A stretch of DNA of 64,000 nt. Source: Paramoeba atlantica. Its lineage: Eukaryota > Protista > Discosea. Where the stretch lies: contig CDRNVI010000039.1 in the NCBI GenBank assembly GCA_977017575.1, positions 186,001-250,000 on the forward strand, in the 5' to 3' direction. The position numbers and the translations under genes were made by a program. Below the pieces are notes generated by a model. That model was not told the DNA's origin. It made no database searches and saw nothing but the letters and a program-made list of their open reading frames with translations. Below, one piece after another: positions 1-10,390 of the stretch; position 1 is the first letter of the stretch; each line of letters opens with the position of its first letter.

Positions 1-466
1 GCGGAGACAGATTCGAACCGGAACATTGCGATAGGTTTGGAAAAGCAGCCCTTGCCTGAGTAGGTAAATTCGGCAATGAGGGCTGTGGTATGGATTGCGT
101 CAGGCCAGCGGGAGGATGCACTCCGAGGGAAGGATTTTGTGGTGGAAACGGCTTGGTGGTTTGAGCCATGAGAAGGGGTGCGTGCGACGGCGCAAGCGAC
201 CCAGGGATGGAGGACTGGTAGGTAGCCGGGTTATTTTGTGAAAGCGAGGGATCATGCATTCCATATGAGGGAGGCGTGGGAGCCACATGGTATGGGACGG
301 TCCCGGTCGGGTAGGAAGGCAAGGCTGCGTGCACAGGTTGATAGGCGTATGTAGAAGGATGCTGTTCCTGTGGAGGTGATTGCTGTGTCCGTAGAGAAGG
401 ATCATTGGTCTGACCAGACGGAGAAGGCAATGGATTGGATGGGTACGGGTAAGGATAAGGATTCAT
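1..466 (-). CDS. 5' part of a gene running off the left edge; Pro/Gln/Ser-rich N-terminus (MNPYPYPYPSNPLPSPSGQTND...), product unknown
   Basis: Manual translation: ATG at 466 (- strand), frame open to base 1. Absent from the ORF track because no stop lies inside the window. Confidence 0.6.
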   Translation of the reverse strand, partial: MNPYPYPYPSNPLPSPSGQTNDPSLRTQQSPPQEQHPSTYAYQPVHAALPSYPTGTVPYHVAPTPPSYGMHDPSLSQNNPATYQSSIPGSLAPSHAPLLMAQTTKPFPPQNPSLGVHPPAGLTQSIPQPSLPNLPTQARAAFPNLSQCSGSNLSP

Positions 467-480
467 TGTGAGAGGATGTG

Positions 481-530
481 CTCAAGAAGAAAAGATTGCA
501 GTTGCTTTCAAAAATTAGAAAAGAAAATTA
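481..530 (-). promoter_or_regulatory. Candidate trans-splice acceptor (polypyrimidine tract + AG)
   Basis: Minus strand reads ...ttttcttttctaatttttg...ctttttcttcttgAG, about 15 nt upstream of the ATG at 466; typical of kinetoplastid SL acceptor regions. Confidence 0.4.
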
Positions 531-822
531 GTTTTATACAAACATGAAAACACTTCAGGTTTTCGTTTGCACCATGTTTCGTAATGTTATGCTAACATAC
601 TTGTAGAAGCAAAACCAGCTTGACCAGTCATTAAATTAATTCACTCATACGTGTGTAAATGAAACGAATGACTTTTTTTGTCATACCCTGACGCAGATTA
701 TTTCGCCCCTTGTGGCTGGGCCACCAGCCCTGCACGACGGCCTTACATTTTATGATTATCTGCGCGCTTACAAAAAGACTTTTACAAAAATTGATTCCAA
801 TAATTCCAAGTGTTAACTTGTG

Positions 823-3800
823 CTATTTATCAAGATTTGCAGCGATATCAAAAAGCTTGGACCTTTTAACTGCTTTAGCTTTCTCACCGGTTTCAACGGA
901 TATGCAAGGCCCACTTCCCGGTTTTGGATGCGGACTTATTGTCACTTCTCTGTAGTGAGGATGAGAGGTAAGAAATAACTCAACTTCCTCTTGATACTCC
1001 TTTCCAAGATTGACGGTTGGCTCAAATAAGTTACGCTGTGTTGAAATATCTCGTACTCTAATGTTTGAGATCCGTTCAAGCGCTTCAGAGAGGCCAACAA
1101 AAACTACAGGGTGGTTCTCGACTTGTAAACAACTTTGTAGAGACCCAAAAGCGATATGAATGTCATTGAGTACTCCTACAAATTGTGCGTTTGCATCTCT
1201 TGCGCATGCTAAGCTATCTTGATCATTTTGGGATTTCAGGCAGGTGAAAAGGAAAAGCTGAACAGAAACATAATTCCGAAGCTCAATAACAAAATTCGCT
1301 TCAAGTACTCTCCATAATTCTGGCATATGGTGCTGCACTCTTGTGTATATTTTCAAGGTTTCCTTTTCGGAAAGTGAAGAGGTGATACGACGAAGTAAAC
1401 GATCTGCTGTCTTAGCGATATCATCGGAAGTTTCTGGATAACGTCCGGAACCTTTGACTTCCTCTGCACTATCAGAAAAACCATTTGGCAATTCCGAATC
1501 AGCATCTCCCATTGAGAGTATTTTCGAAAGAAGTGTGGGGAATGCATCACTTCGAGAAAGATGCAATAGGTAGGATAAACCAACTAGAAAACGAAGAAGG
1601 CGCTGCAGGCGAATACGTATGTACCCAATCACTGAGGCCAATAATTGCATAGATTCCAGAGAATGAATTTCAACTGGAATGGCAAGACCTAACAGTTGAA
1701 CCAACTGTATCCACGTGTCAGTACTGGGCAAAAAGTAAGAATTAGCGAACGCAGCGCTTGTACTTTGAGATGGATTCGTAGAGTGATCAGCTAATGCAAA
1801 ATAAGAGCACATGTGATTTGCGAGAGTTATTCCCCACACTGGAAAATGAGTCAAAGATTCCCAAGATTCCTTTTGATCTAGCAATATGAATCTCGAAGTG
1901 TGTAACTCCTCTTCAATAGTGTCTTTACAATAGTGTATGGAATCTTGAAGCTGCGTGGCCTGTCGTTGCAAGAAAATAAAGAATTGATGAAACCGCTTAT
2001 ATTGTTTTTCACGGATTTCAAATTCTAGTAGACACTTCCAAGAAACCCACAAGTCATTTAAAGTTTGTGTTTGTAGCCTAGTCGGTAAACTCATCCATGA
2101 ATAAGCATTAAGTACATTTATAGCGGCCTCACTGGTATTTCGGATCCAAGATAAAAGTAGCTCTCGTGCTTTAGAAGATTCTTTAATCAATTCTTCCACA
2201 TTTATCGCATCTTGATATAGTGCATTTCGAGAACGTAATACAGCAGAAAATAGATTCACAAAACCAACTTCCTTTCTACAATTGGCAGCACTAGGAAAGT
2301 TGATATTGACAAGAGCTTCTTGCATCTTCACTCGATACAACTCAATTCGTGAAGAAACTATTGGATCATGGAAAAAGGATGGCTCGCGTACAAGTTCGTC
2401 TTTTGGCAATATGATAGAAAATAACGAGGAATACACGTTCTGTTTCAGGGCTACAAAGAGTGAAGAAAAACTGAAAAAGTTCCTCTCTGATAAGAGCTGC
2501 ACGACAGTGTCCAACATCGACAGGCAAATGCTTAGACAATCCTCCGATGCACTGCCCTCTTTGATTCCGGATTTAATTATCTTAGATGAAATAAGACTCA
2601 GGTAGCAATAAGAGCAGCAAAGAAATGCAAGCTGATGTGATATCGTTTGAGCTTCAGCAGTTCCGAACTCGAGACCCATTATTTCATCCTTTAAACTTTG
2701 AATCCTGCGACGTCCATCTAGAATAAGGTTTTCCAGCAAAGTCTGCAGAAATACCTTTTGTTTTTCAACTTGTTGGAGTGTATCATTTATATGATCACTC
2801 GAATGAGTTTCCAATAATCCGCTCTTCGCATAATAAATATGGGTTTTAGGAGCTTCTAGAACTATAAGCTTTTTATTTAGATTATCAAATTTTGAGCTTT
2901 CATATTTTAGCCAATTCATCCAGAGTAAGGGAGCAATGGAAAGCAGAGCTACGGGCTTCAAGACGGGACTTATTTGCATGTTTACCTTACACTCCAGCAA
3001 AGACTTCGTTGTAAACGATTGTACCCACCGAAACCACTTTTCGTAGCGCCATCGAGTGTACTCATGTAATATCTCTTTCCACACGCCGTCAGGGCGACCC
3101 GACGACTCCCGCTCAAGATCCAAAAGCGTTTGAAAAATACGATCCTGAGAGGATTGGGAAGGCCCAACCGAATCGTCGTCTGCGAAAAAAATGGAATTGT
3201 ACGTGAGGTTGTCAGGAGCCTTCCCTTTCCAAGAGATTAAATCCTTATCAGACGTGGACGTCAGCTCCTTATGGTATTTTTCTTTTTGGTTGCTCAAAGC
3301 GTGGTGCAGAGCAGTGCGTGAACTGTCATATCGACCATGACGGGACGAAAACGAGGCATACTCGAGCAGTAAAGCGTCATCGATTTCTGGCAAGGCACTT
3401 AATGCCGTCTTGTACACATTTTCCGCGCGATCCACATCCTTCATATCCTTTTCCTCCAGATTCGCGTAATACATCCAGCTCGACAAATCATTCTTCACCA
3501 TAACATACCGCGCACACACCTTCCTCGCCTCCGCATTCTCCCCCCACCGCATCAACCCCTCCACATAGTGCTCCCACGCCGCATGTGGCACCCCCCCCTC
3601 CCCCCTCTCCTCCCTCCCCACCCACCTCTCAAACACCCCCCCGGGACACCTCCCCGACATCTCCACCACCAACGCCCAGCGGTACCACAACCCCGGCACC
3701 CGTGGCAGCACCCCCGTTGCCCTCTCATACACCCCCTCCGCCCTCCCCACCAACCCTGCCCGCTTCTCCACCCCTGCGCGGTGCTCCCACCCCCCCTCCC

Positions 3801-4200
3801 CCTCCCCCCCCTCCCCCGCGGGGCGCCGCAGCATACGCTCCAGCACCCCCCGGGACTTCGGTAAGTCCCCGAGGCGCTCCTCCCAGCGGGCGTAGTGTAC
3901 CCAACGGGTTAAGGCGCCGGGGTGGTCGCGCAGGGCCTTTTCGTAGTCCTGTCGTTTCTGGCTGACATAGCGCTCCATGTCGTGGGGGTGGGAGAGTAGG
4001 GGGGAGGCTGCTGCTGCTGCTGTGGCTACGGGAAGACCCTGTGCGCGTTGCTGCTGTTTCTGGACCAGTGCGGTGGCCTCGTGGAGGAGGGAGGTCGCGG
4101 TGAGTTGGGAGGGGGCGGGGGCTTTGTTAAGGGCGGAGGCGGCGGTGGTACCGTGTTCGCCTTTTTTGGTGGTGGTTTTGGAGGAGCGGGGGTGGGGCAT
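823..4200 (-). CDS. CRNKL1: Crooked-neck (Crn/Clf1/Syf3)-like HAT-repeat spliceosomal NTC protein with long divergent C-terminus
   Basis: 1125 aa ORF; KRQDYEKALRD...RWVHYARWEE...SRGVLERML and AEGVYERA...LWYRWALVVE resemble Crn N-terminal HAT repeats. Confidence 0.75.
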   Translation of the reverse strand: MPHPRSSKTTTKKGEHGTTAASALNKAPAPSQLTATSLLHEATALVQKQQQRAQGLPVATAAAAASPLLSHPHDMERYVSQKRQDYEKALRDHPGALTRWVHYARWEERLGDLPKSRGVLERMLRRPAGEGGEGEGGWEHRAGVEKRAGLVGRAEGVYERATGVLPRVPGLWYRWALVVEMSGRCPGGVFERWVGREERGEGGVPHAAWEHYVEGLMRWGENAEARKVCARYVMVKNDLSSWMYYANLEEKDMKDVDRAENVYKTALSALPEIDDALLLEYASFSSRHGRYDSSRTALHHALSNQKEKYHKELTSTSDKDLISWKGKAPDNLTYNSIFFADDDSVGPSQSSQDRIFQTLLDLERESSGRPDGVWKEILHEYTRWRYEKWFRWVQSFTTKSLLECKVNMQISPVLKPVALLSIAPLLWMNWLKYESSKFDNLNKKLIVLEAPKTHIYYAKSGLLETHSSDHINDTLQQVEKQKVFLQTLLENLILDGRRRIQSLKDEIMGLEFGTAEAQTISHQLAFLCCSYCYLSLISSKIIKSGIKEGSASEDCLSICLSMLDTVVQLLSERNFFSFSSLFVALKQNVYSSLFSIILPKDELVREPSFFHDPIVSSRIELYRVKMQEALVNINFPSAANCRKEVGFVNLFSAVLRSRNALYQDAINVEELIKESSKARELLLSWIRNTSEAAINVLNAYSWMSLPTRLQTQTLNDLWVSWKCLLEFEIREKQYKRFHQFFIFLQRQATQLQDSIHYCKDTIEEELHTSRFILLDQKESWESLTHFPVWGITLANHMCSYFALADHSTNPSQSTSAAFANSYFLPSTDTWIQLVQLLGLAIPVEIHSLESMQLLASVIGYIRIRLQRLLRFLVGLSYLLHLSRSDAFPTLLSKILSMGDADSELPNGFSDSAEEVKGSGRYPETSDDIAKTADRLLRRITSSLSEKETLKIYTRVQHHMPELWRVLEANFVIELRNYVSVQLFLFTCLKSQNDQDSLACARDANAQFVGVLNDIHIAFGSLQSCLQVENHPVVFVGLSEALERISNIRVRDISTQRNLFEPTVNLGKEYQEEVELFLTSHPHYREVTISPHPKPGSGPCISVETGEKAKAVKRSKLFDIAANLDK

Positions 4201-4948
4201 GGGTGTGGTTTTGTGGAGGGGGGTGTGGGTGAGTGTGAGGTTAGGGGGGGTTCATGGGGGTAGAGTGTTGATTTAGGGTTTTGAAGGGTTGAAGAAAGAT
4301 GGGAAGAGATAGTGATAAGAAGGGATATAAAAAAATTATTTTTTAGTTCGTTGCATCTTGTGTAGTCGTTTGGTTGAGAAAAAAGTGGAGAAAATACGAT
4401 CTCGAGGAAGCAAGGTGCCCAATAAGGTATCGTTCTTGGCAGCCCTACGCGCGACTTCTAGGACTGTCAAAACGTTTTCAAGCTCCTACAATATGGATTC
4501 AACTTATAGTGGACCAGACGATACAGCTGGAGAAGAGGTGAATTTCAGAAAAAAGATCTCCCTGTAGTAGGGATTTTTTTCGAACAACTCTCTAGAAAAT
4601 GTGAGGGATTTTACACCCATAATAGGGGTAAATTACGATAGGCCATTGAATGTCTAATGTATGTACATAATCTAATGTATGTGTGTCTAATGTATGTGTA
4701 TGTGTGTGTACATGAGAGGCAGCATACATCAGATGTATGTGGCCATTGAACCATTGGGCACTCAGCCCAACGCAATTATCTAGCACCATTTGCGGAAGTT
4801 TAACGGAAGCATATGTAATCTCCAGGATGCTTTTCGTCGGAAGCCTGACACTTGTAACTATTTTTTGACGTTTTGAATAGTTATCCTTTTACAAGAGAAA
4901 GAAGTATAAATGCCTGAATGACATACTCAAACACGTTTTTGCGGTTGT

Positions 4949-5818
4949 CTAGTCTTCATTTTTCGGGCACCACACTCCACATTTTTTTAATCTCTCCAAG
5001 ATTGTTTCTGTGTCCATGCTGTCTTTTGAATTCTCAACAGTAGTACCTTCTGTTCGTTTCCATGAATCTTCTACAGTAGAAGATGAAGGGTTAGCGCTAG
5101 GAGTAGAAAAAGAATTGGCAGAGTCGGCCGCCCCTTGATATACTGGACGGTCATCAGTTTCTGTTAGGAACTCCTCATCTTCGATATTTGGATACCCAGG
5201 ATGCCAGCGCCGCAAAACTACAGAAGGATCGCAATCATAGATTGGCTTATTGAGTCGGTGATTTACGTTATTGTGCAGTTCACACAGAAATCGTGTGATG
5301 GTAAGTTTGGAGTCAACAGGAAAGTAGAACCTTTCCGTTTCTGACGAATCATGTGAAGAATTTGACATAAACTTTTGTTCTACAACAGGATCCGGTTTCC
5401 ACTGCGAGAAACCATTTCCCTCACGAAACTCAGCCCGCATGTTGACTGCACAGTGCTGACAGGCGTACAGATAAGACCAGTTGTGCAAAAAGTGATCCAT
5501 GTTCTGTTTCTGAGAGGAAGTTGGATGCGATGGATAGGCTGCCGCCATTGTGTGTAAGATATTCCACCCGGCACGTCCGATATCCTCTGAAGAGGGACAT
5601 CTTCCCGGAATTACGTTGACGAAAGAAGATTCTGAGTCTTCCGTAGTTGCAAGATTGTCCGCCTCAACAGACGGATAGGAGGTGGAATCTATTTTTTGAA
5701 ACTCCGTATCCTTATTCTTTTCCGCGACTTTGGCTTCCATTTGTGGATGCGATGCATTTTCGGGTGATGGATGAAGCACGGACCGACTTCCGTCAAATAG
5801 ACTCTTCAAAAAATCCAT
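4949..5818 (-). CDS. ERV1: Erv1/ALR FAD-dependent sulfhydryl oxidase, kinetoplastid type
   Basis: GRAGWNILHTMAAAYP...YACQHC (CxxC)...LCELHNNVNHRLNKP; long acidic linker ending in CGVWC, like the C-terminal shuttle CxxxC of kinetoplastid Erv. Confidence 0.92.
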   Translation of the reverse strand: MDFLKSLFDGSRSVLHPSPENASHPQMEAKVAEKNKDTEFQKIDSTSYPSVEADNLATTEDSESSFVNVIPGRCPSSEDIGRAGWNILHTMAAAYPSHPTSSQKQNMDHFLHNWSYLYACQHCAVNMRAEFREGNGFSQWKPDPVVEQKFMSNSSHDSSETERFYFPVDSKLTITRFLCELHNNVNHRLNKPIYDCDPSVVLRRWHPGYPNIEDEEFLTETDDRPVYQGAADSANSFSTPSANPSSSTVEDSWKRTEGTTVENSKDSMDTETILERLKKCGVWCPKNED

Positions 5819-5965
5819 CGTAAAACATAAATAAATTCATTGCTTAATAGGAACTGATAAAATGTTGTGTAAGAGAGCGAAGTTTTCTTTCTCATACATA
5901 GTGTGTTCGATATGAACAAACATCTTATGTAAAAATATTAAGTATGATGAACAAGCTGTTTTTCT

Positions 5966-8029
5966 TTAAATAAAAACACTACCACCAGGATCTTGAAGTA
6001 AGATACGGTAAACCTCCACAAACTGAACTAAAATGGACGAAAGTTCCGATGAAATACATGATAACTTCGACTCATAACTTATTTCGCATGAAGGAAGGTG
6101 CCACCGTAGAGTCACCGATACATCCGACCAAAGTTTACTCCACGAGTTGCAATGCTTTTCATTATTACAGAGTTCTTGAAAAAGTTCGTAGAAAAAAACG
6201 AAGTTATTTTTAAGGAAAATTTCACCGGAAGGATCAGAATCTTTCGGCCAAGCAAAATCACAAGCCTCAGGAATATCTAGAGCGGACTGTTGCTCGTACA
6301 GCTTTTGAAAAATAGAATGAATAGAAAGAAAAACTTGCCTTCTTTGTCGTCTAAAGTAATCTACGTAGGACTCGGATGTTTCTTTTTCATGAGTGAACGA
6401 TGCCTGCGTACTCTTCGAGAACGAGTTTATAAATATTGGGAAAGGGTGCAGTTCCTCAGGCCAAGATAGGGACAGACATTTATTGAGAGGTTCAGATTCA
6501 GAAGTGTTAGAAACCACTGGTTCAATGCTGACCAGTTCACTATTATCCTCTCCGTCAGAATATTTGTTCTCTACTAACGCTATTTCGTGGGATGTAACAG
6601 CTCCATTCACGACACCATTTTTTCTTTTATTCTTGTTTGAAGAAGCCTTGTTTATGTCACAAGAATCGGAAACGATTGTATTTAAATCGTGTGTGTAATG
6701 CAAAGTCATATCGTCTGTTGTGTCCACCATGCACATGGCGCGCTTGCGATCCGTAAAACTAATTTTACTTGGAAAAGACAACGAATTCTTCAGCTTGTGA
6801 TTATGAGTGATAGCGCCGTTGCTTATTCTCACATTTTGTGGATCTTTGTTTTTTGTTGGCGTACTGGGCGTCGTAAAATCATTGTGAGGAAGAGAGTTCA
6901 TGTTTTTGAGACGTACGCTACATAACGTGTCTCCACATTCAGATCGTAAATGCAGCGCATACAGTCGTTTAGGAATCTTCTGTTGAGAACATTTTTCGCA
7001 TTTCTCAAGAAATTCTTCCTCTATTGGGTGCTGAGCGCACGTATCCCCTTGAATAAGTTGAACCCAATCCGAGAGCAGTGGATAACTCTCAGGAGTGGGA
7101 TAACTTTTTATACCCCAATACTTGGGTCCGTATTGCACAAAAATCTCCGTTCCAGGACCCAAGAGTTTTGTTGCGACAAGAAAAACTTTCCCTGGATGGG
7201 TATCATAAAATTCAACGTATGTTGTATTCGAAAAGCAAGGACCCGCGTCGTTTGCCAAAGAAGCTAGACTCAAAATTGTACCCGCACTATCCATACCATC
7301 AATCATAACGGCATGTGAAGTGTTTCTCGCAGCTGTTACGGCATAGGGGTGGAATGGCTCAGAGCCAGACGCGTTCGACTGTGTGATCTTCAAAGATTTG
7401 TGTTCTGCATTCCATAGATCATTATTCGAATCCGGGCTGTTACCCCTCTTCATCCTTTTGTTTTTGTTTGGCCTTCTCTTTGGACGTGAAGAGTTTCGGG
7501 ACATTTTCTTGCGTATTCCATCGTACTCACAGACAATACAGCCTGCGGGAATGCACCGCCCCTCTCGAACAAACAAACCTAATCCACATGAAGGAGATAT
7601 CGTGGAGAGGCCCCAGCAAAGAAACCGATGCTCGGCCTCCGGTGGAATGTACTTATAGCGCTTTTGAAACAGTCTCATGCCCAGTCCTTGGTACTCAGAC
7701 GAAATAAGAACATTACAAAGGATTTCATCCTCTCGTGACCTTTGGTAAAAGCGTCCATGTAACATTCCAAAAGCAAAGGAGTCCCCACGATCTCGGATAC
7801 CGACATAGAGCTGAGCGGAAAGGCTGGCATCCGGGGTGAGACCTTGTGTACGGAAGTACTTACGAGATTGCGCGTATCCTGTGATATACGTCGAGCTAAG
7901 AGGCAGCTTATGCTTGGATAAGACATCATACGCAGCCTCTTTAAGGGAAAGTGAAGTCCCTTCTTTACGTTTTCTCTTCACAGCCACGCGTAGTGCTTTG
8001 TCGTGGGCTTGCCATGCCTCCTCACTCAT
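5966..8029 (-). CDS. HARE-HTH + SET domain + C2HC zinc-finger chromatin protein
   Basis: LKEAAYDVLSKHKLPLSS...GLTPDASLSAQLY (HARE-HTH pattern); GLGLFV...CEYDG...ASLANDA...EIFVQYGPKYW (SET); CEKC...HLRSEC (Zn finger). Confidence 0.8.
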   Translation of the reverse strand: MSEEAWQAHDKALRVAVKRKRKEGTSLSLKEAAYDVLSKHKLPLSSTYITGYAQSRKYFRTQGLTPDASLSAQLYVGIRDRGDSFAFGMLHGRFYQRSREDEILCNVLISSEYQGLGMRLFQKRYKYIPPEAEHRFLCWGLSTISPSCGLGLFVREGRCIPAGCIVCEYDGIRKKMSRNSSRPKRRPNKNKRMKRGNSPDSNNDLWNAEHKSLKITQSNASGSEPFHPYAVTAARNTSHAVMIDGMDSAGTILSLASLANDAGPCFSNTTYVEFYDTHPGKVFLVATKLLGPGTEIFVQYGPKYWGIKSYPTPESYPLLSDWVQLIQGDTCAQHPIEEEFLEKCEKCSQQKIPKRLYALHLRSECGDTLCSVRLKNMNSLPHNDFTTPSTPTKNKDPQNVRISNGAITHNHKLKNSLSFPSKISFTDRKRAMCMVDTTDDMTLHYTHDLNTIVSDSCDINKASSNKNKRKNGVVNGAVTSHEIALVENKYSDGEDNSELVSIEPVVSNTSESEPLNKCLSLSWPEELHPFPIFINSFSKSTQASFTHEKETSESYVDYFRRQRRQVFLSIHSIFQKLYEQQSALDIPEACDFAWPKDSDPSGEIFLKNNFVFFYELFQELCNNEKHCNSWSKLWSDVSVTLRWHLPSCEISYESKLSCISSELSSILVQFVEVYRILLQDPGGSVFI

Positions 8030-8671
8030 ATTGCATTGTACATAAATATGAGATAAGTAAGGAAGTAAGACAGACTAAAGAAATAGTACACCTGGAGAAA
8101 ACTGTAGAAGAATTGATAAATTAATGCAAAATGAAAAAGGGACGTGTAGCTTAACTCTGCGCTAGAAATGCATGCAACACGAATATCAACTTTATACATA
8201 TTGTAAGTGCGAGCTTCCCACCTGATGCCGTCTAGGTACCTCCTGTACACCGCAGCCTAAAACATGTGGACTCTGACCCGGGAGATGGCCATACAGCTGT
8301 ATGCGAAGTACCTGTTCATGAATACCTAATACTGTATCTGCGAGATACTTCTGTATCTTCAAGACAAGGTAAAACTTTTATTTTCGCACCACCAACCGGA
8401 TGCTAGTAGACGTGAGGTAGCAAATTCTTCAAAATCATGCGCAAATGTCAAAATCTTGCGCAATGTTCATTTGCGTAGTGCAATATTTCGCAGAAGAGGA
8501 GCGATAAAAAAGTAGCAGTAAAAAATCAACTGCACCACTACAAAGCAGAAAGGATACGTAATTCCGTACATGCATCCTGTACCAATGGAAAGCGAAGGGT
8601 GTTCATGAAAGCACAGTATGTACATCTTTCCCCAGCCTGCATCTTTCCCCAGCTGTATATTCAAGCTCGAT

Positions 8672-10009
8672 TTATTCGGTAACCTCTTGCCAACAATGAA
8701 TCGTTTTGTCCTCTAGGGCGGTCAATAATCGTGAACCACTAAAATCAAACGAGCAACTACGTATGCTGGGACCACTCGACGGCACTTCCGATTTCTCACG
8801 CAAAGAATAAGATTTCTCCATGGAACGCTGAAAAACTTGCAGCGTGCTCCAGTCATGAAAACATAGCTCACCGGAACCACGACACGTTACTAAAATGTTC
8901 CCCTGAGGGTTCACCGCACAACCATGAATCAAGTCCGGTGCAGACCCACGCAAGCCGGAACCCTCCCCCGTCCCCTCCTCCCGCGGGAACTGCGGATCAT
9001 GCTTCTGCACCGCCTCCCCCTTCGGAAACGCCCACTTCCTCACCGAATCCGAACTACAACTCACCATTCCATACTCCACCGGGTGAATCACCCCACACCT
9101 CACCCCTTTCCTATGCCTCGTCAACGTCTCCCTACACCTCCCCGCGGCCAAATCCCACAACCTCACCGTCCCATCCGCCCCCCCACACGACACCACCTGC
9201 GGCTCCGCCCGCCCACACCCCACCGCACTCACCGCCCCGCAGTGCCCCACCATCGTAAACACCCCTCTCGAGGTGCGTAGATCCCACACCCGCACCGCCC
9301 CATCACCTCCCCCACTCACCACCACCCCCGCGACCCCCGGGTGTTCCCCCACAGCGTACACCCCCCCGAGGCTCCCCACCAGCTGACGCACCACCACGTT
9401 CCCGTGGTCCAGGTCCCAGCACCGCACCCTGCGGTCCTCCCCCGCGCTGTACAGGTAGGGGTGGGACCCGCTGCAGGCCAACGCGCGCACCCCGGCACGG
9501 TGGCCCGTGAGCGTGACCCGGAGCGCGCAGGTCGCGAGGTCCCAGGCCCTCACGGTGCCGTCCGCGGAGGCGCTGAAGAAGAGGGTGTTGCTGGGGTCCA
9601 CGGTGAGGGCGTGCACGGAGGCGTCGTGGGCGGCAAGGACACGGCGGAGGGACCAGCGGGGAGGGGGGGAGGGGGGGGAGGGGGAGGGGGAGCGTGTGGG
9701 ACGGGAGCGTAGGGTGAGAGGGGGGATGGGGAGGATGGGGGGATGGGATGAGGGGGTGAGAGCGGTGGAGGGGGGGAGGGGGGTGTGGGGTGGATGGGGG
9801 GGCTGTGGTGTGGGGGGAGTGGAGGGGTTGAGGGGGGGAGGTGGGGTTTTATGGGTTTGGCTACGGAGGTAATTTTCACGAATTTGGATGCTGTTGCGTA
9901 GATGATGGACCGAAATGTGAAGAGGGTCATCGGGGACGTTTTTGATAGGGTCTGAGGTTTCAGGAAAGGCTTCTGGAAAGAGTACTTTGCACGCGTCGAG
10001 ACAAGTCAT
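8672..10009 (-). CDS. PLRG1: PLRG1/Prp46 WD40 spliceosomal NTC protein
   Basis: VTLTGH...PYLYSAGEDRRVRCWDL...EPQVVS...TVRLWDLAAGRCRETLTRHRKGVR...KWAFPKG follows the PLRG1 blades in order. Confidence 0.9.
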   Translation of the reverse strand: MTCLDACKVLFPEAFPETSDPIKNVPDDPLHISVHHLRNSIQIRENYLRSQTHKTPPPPLNPSTPPTPQPPHPPHTPLPPSTALTPSSHPPILPIPPLTLRSRPTRSPSPSPPSPPPRWSLRRVLAAHDASVHALTVDPSNTLFFSASADGTVRAWDLATCALRVTLTGHRAGVRALACSGSHPYLYSAGEDRRVRCWDLDHGNVVVRQLVGSLGGVYAVGEHPGVAGVVVSGGGDGAVRVWDLRTSRGVFTMVGHCGAVSAVGCGRAEPQVVSCGGADGTVRLWDLAAGRCRETLTRHRKGVRCGVIHPVEYGMVSCSSDSVRKWAFPKGEAVQKHDPQFPREEGTGEGSGLRGSAPDLIHGCAVNPQGNILVTCRGSGELCFHDWSTLQVFQRSMEKSYSLREKSEVPSSGPSIRSCSFDFSGSRLLTALEDKTIHCWQEVTE

Positions 10010-10390
10010 GTATGGATGAGGATAAGAGATATAAGGTGGTATTGGCGTCTAGACAAAAAGAAGACCTACATAAGTGTGCAAATAAATGAATTTATCTAAA
10101 CCATGTTCGAGGATGGTATTCCTAGTAGGCATACTAAATGGCTACGATATACTATACTAAATTTAGTCTAAAATGCAAAAAATAGTTTCGCGGCGCTTCG
10201 GAGCGTTCTTTCTCTATATTTGTTAAAAGGATACCTTGGCCTTCTATTGAGGATTCTTTGTATGTTCTTGCTAGAAAAAGTTGCGATGTCTTCTGAAAAT
10301 GGTACGCCTCCCGCTCCTGTTGTGTAGACGGGGGGTAGGTATAAGTAGCCTTGGGACACATAAAGTTTAGTATGCCTACTAGATAAACTA

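Noticed and set aside
3568-4276. Pro-rich and Gly-rich + strand ORFs over Crn (likewise over PLRG1 and SNF1)
   Set aside because: Antisense shadows of GC-skewed coding sequence
823-10009. Functional clustering of two NTC splicing genes (Crn, PLRG1)
   Set aside because: Kinetoplastid polycistrons are generally not function-ordered; two of about 20 genes is compatible with chance
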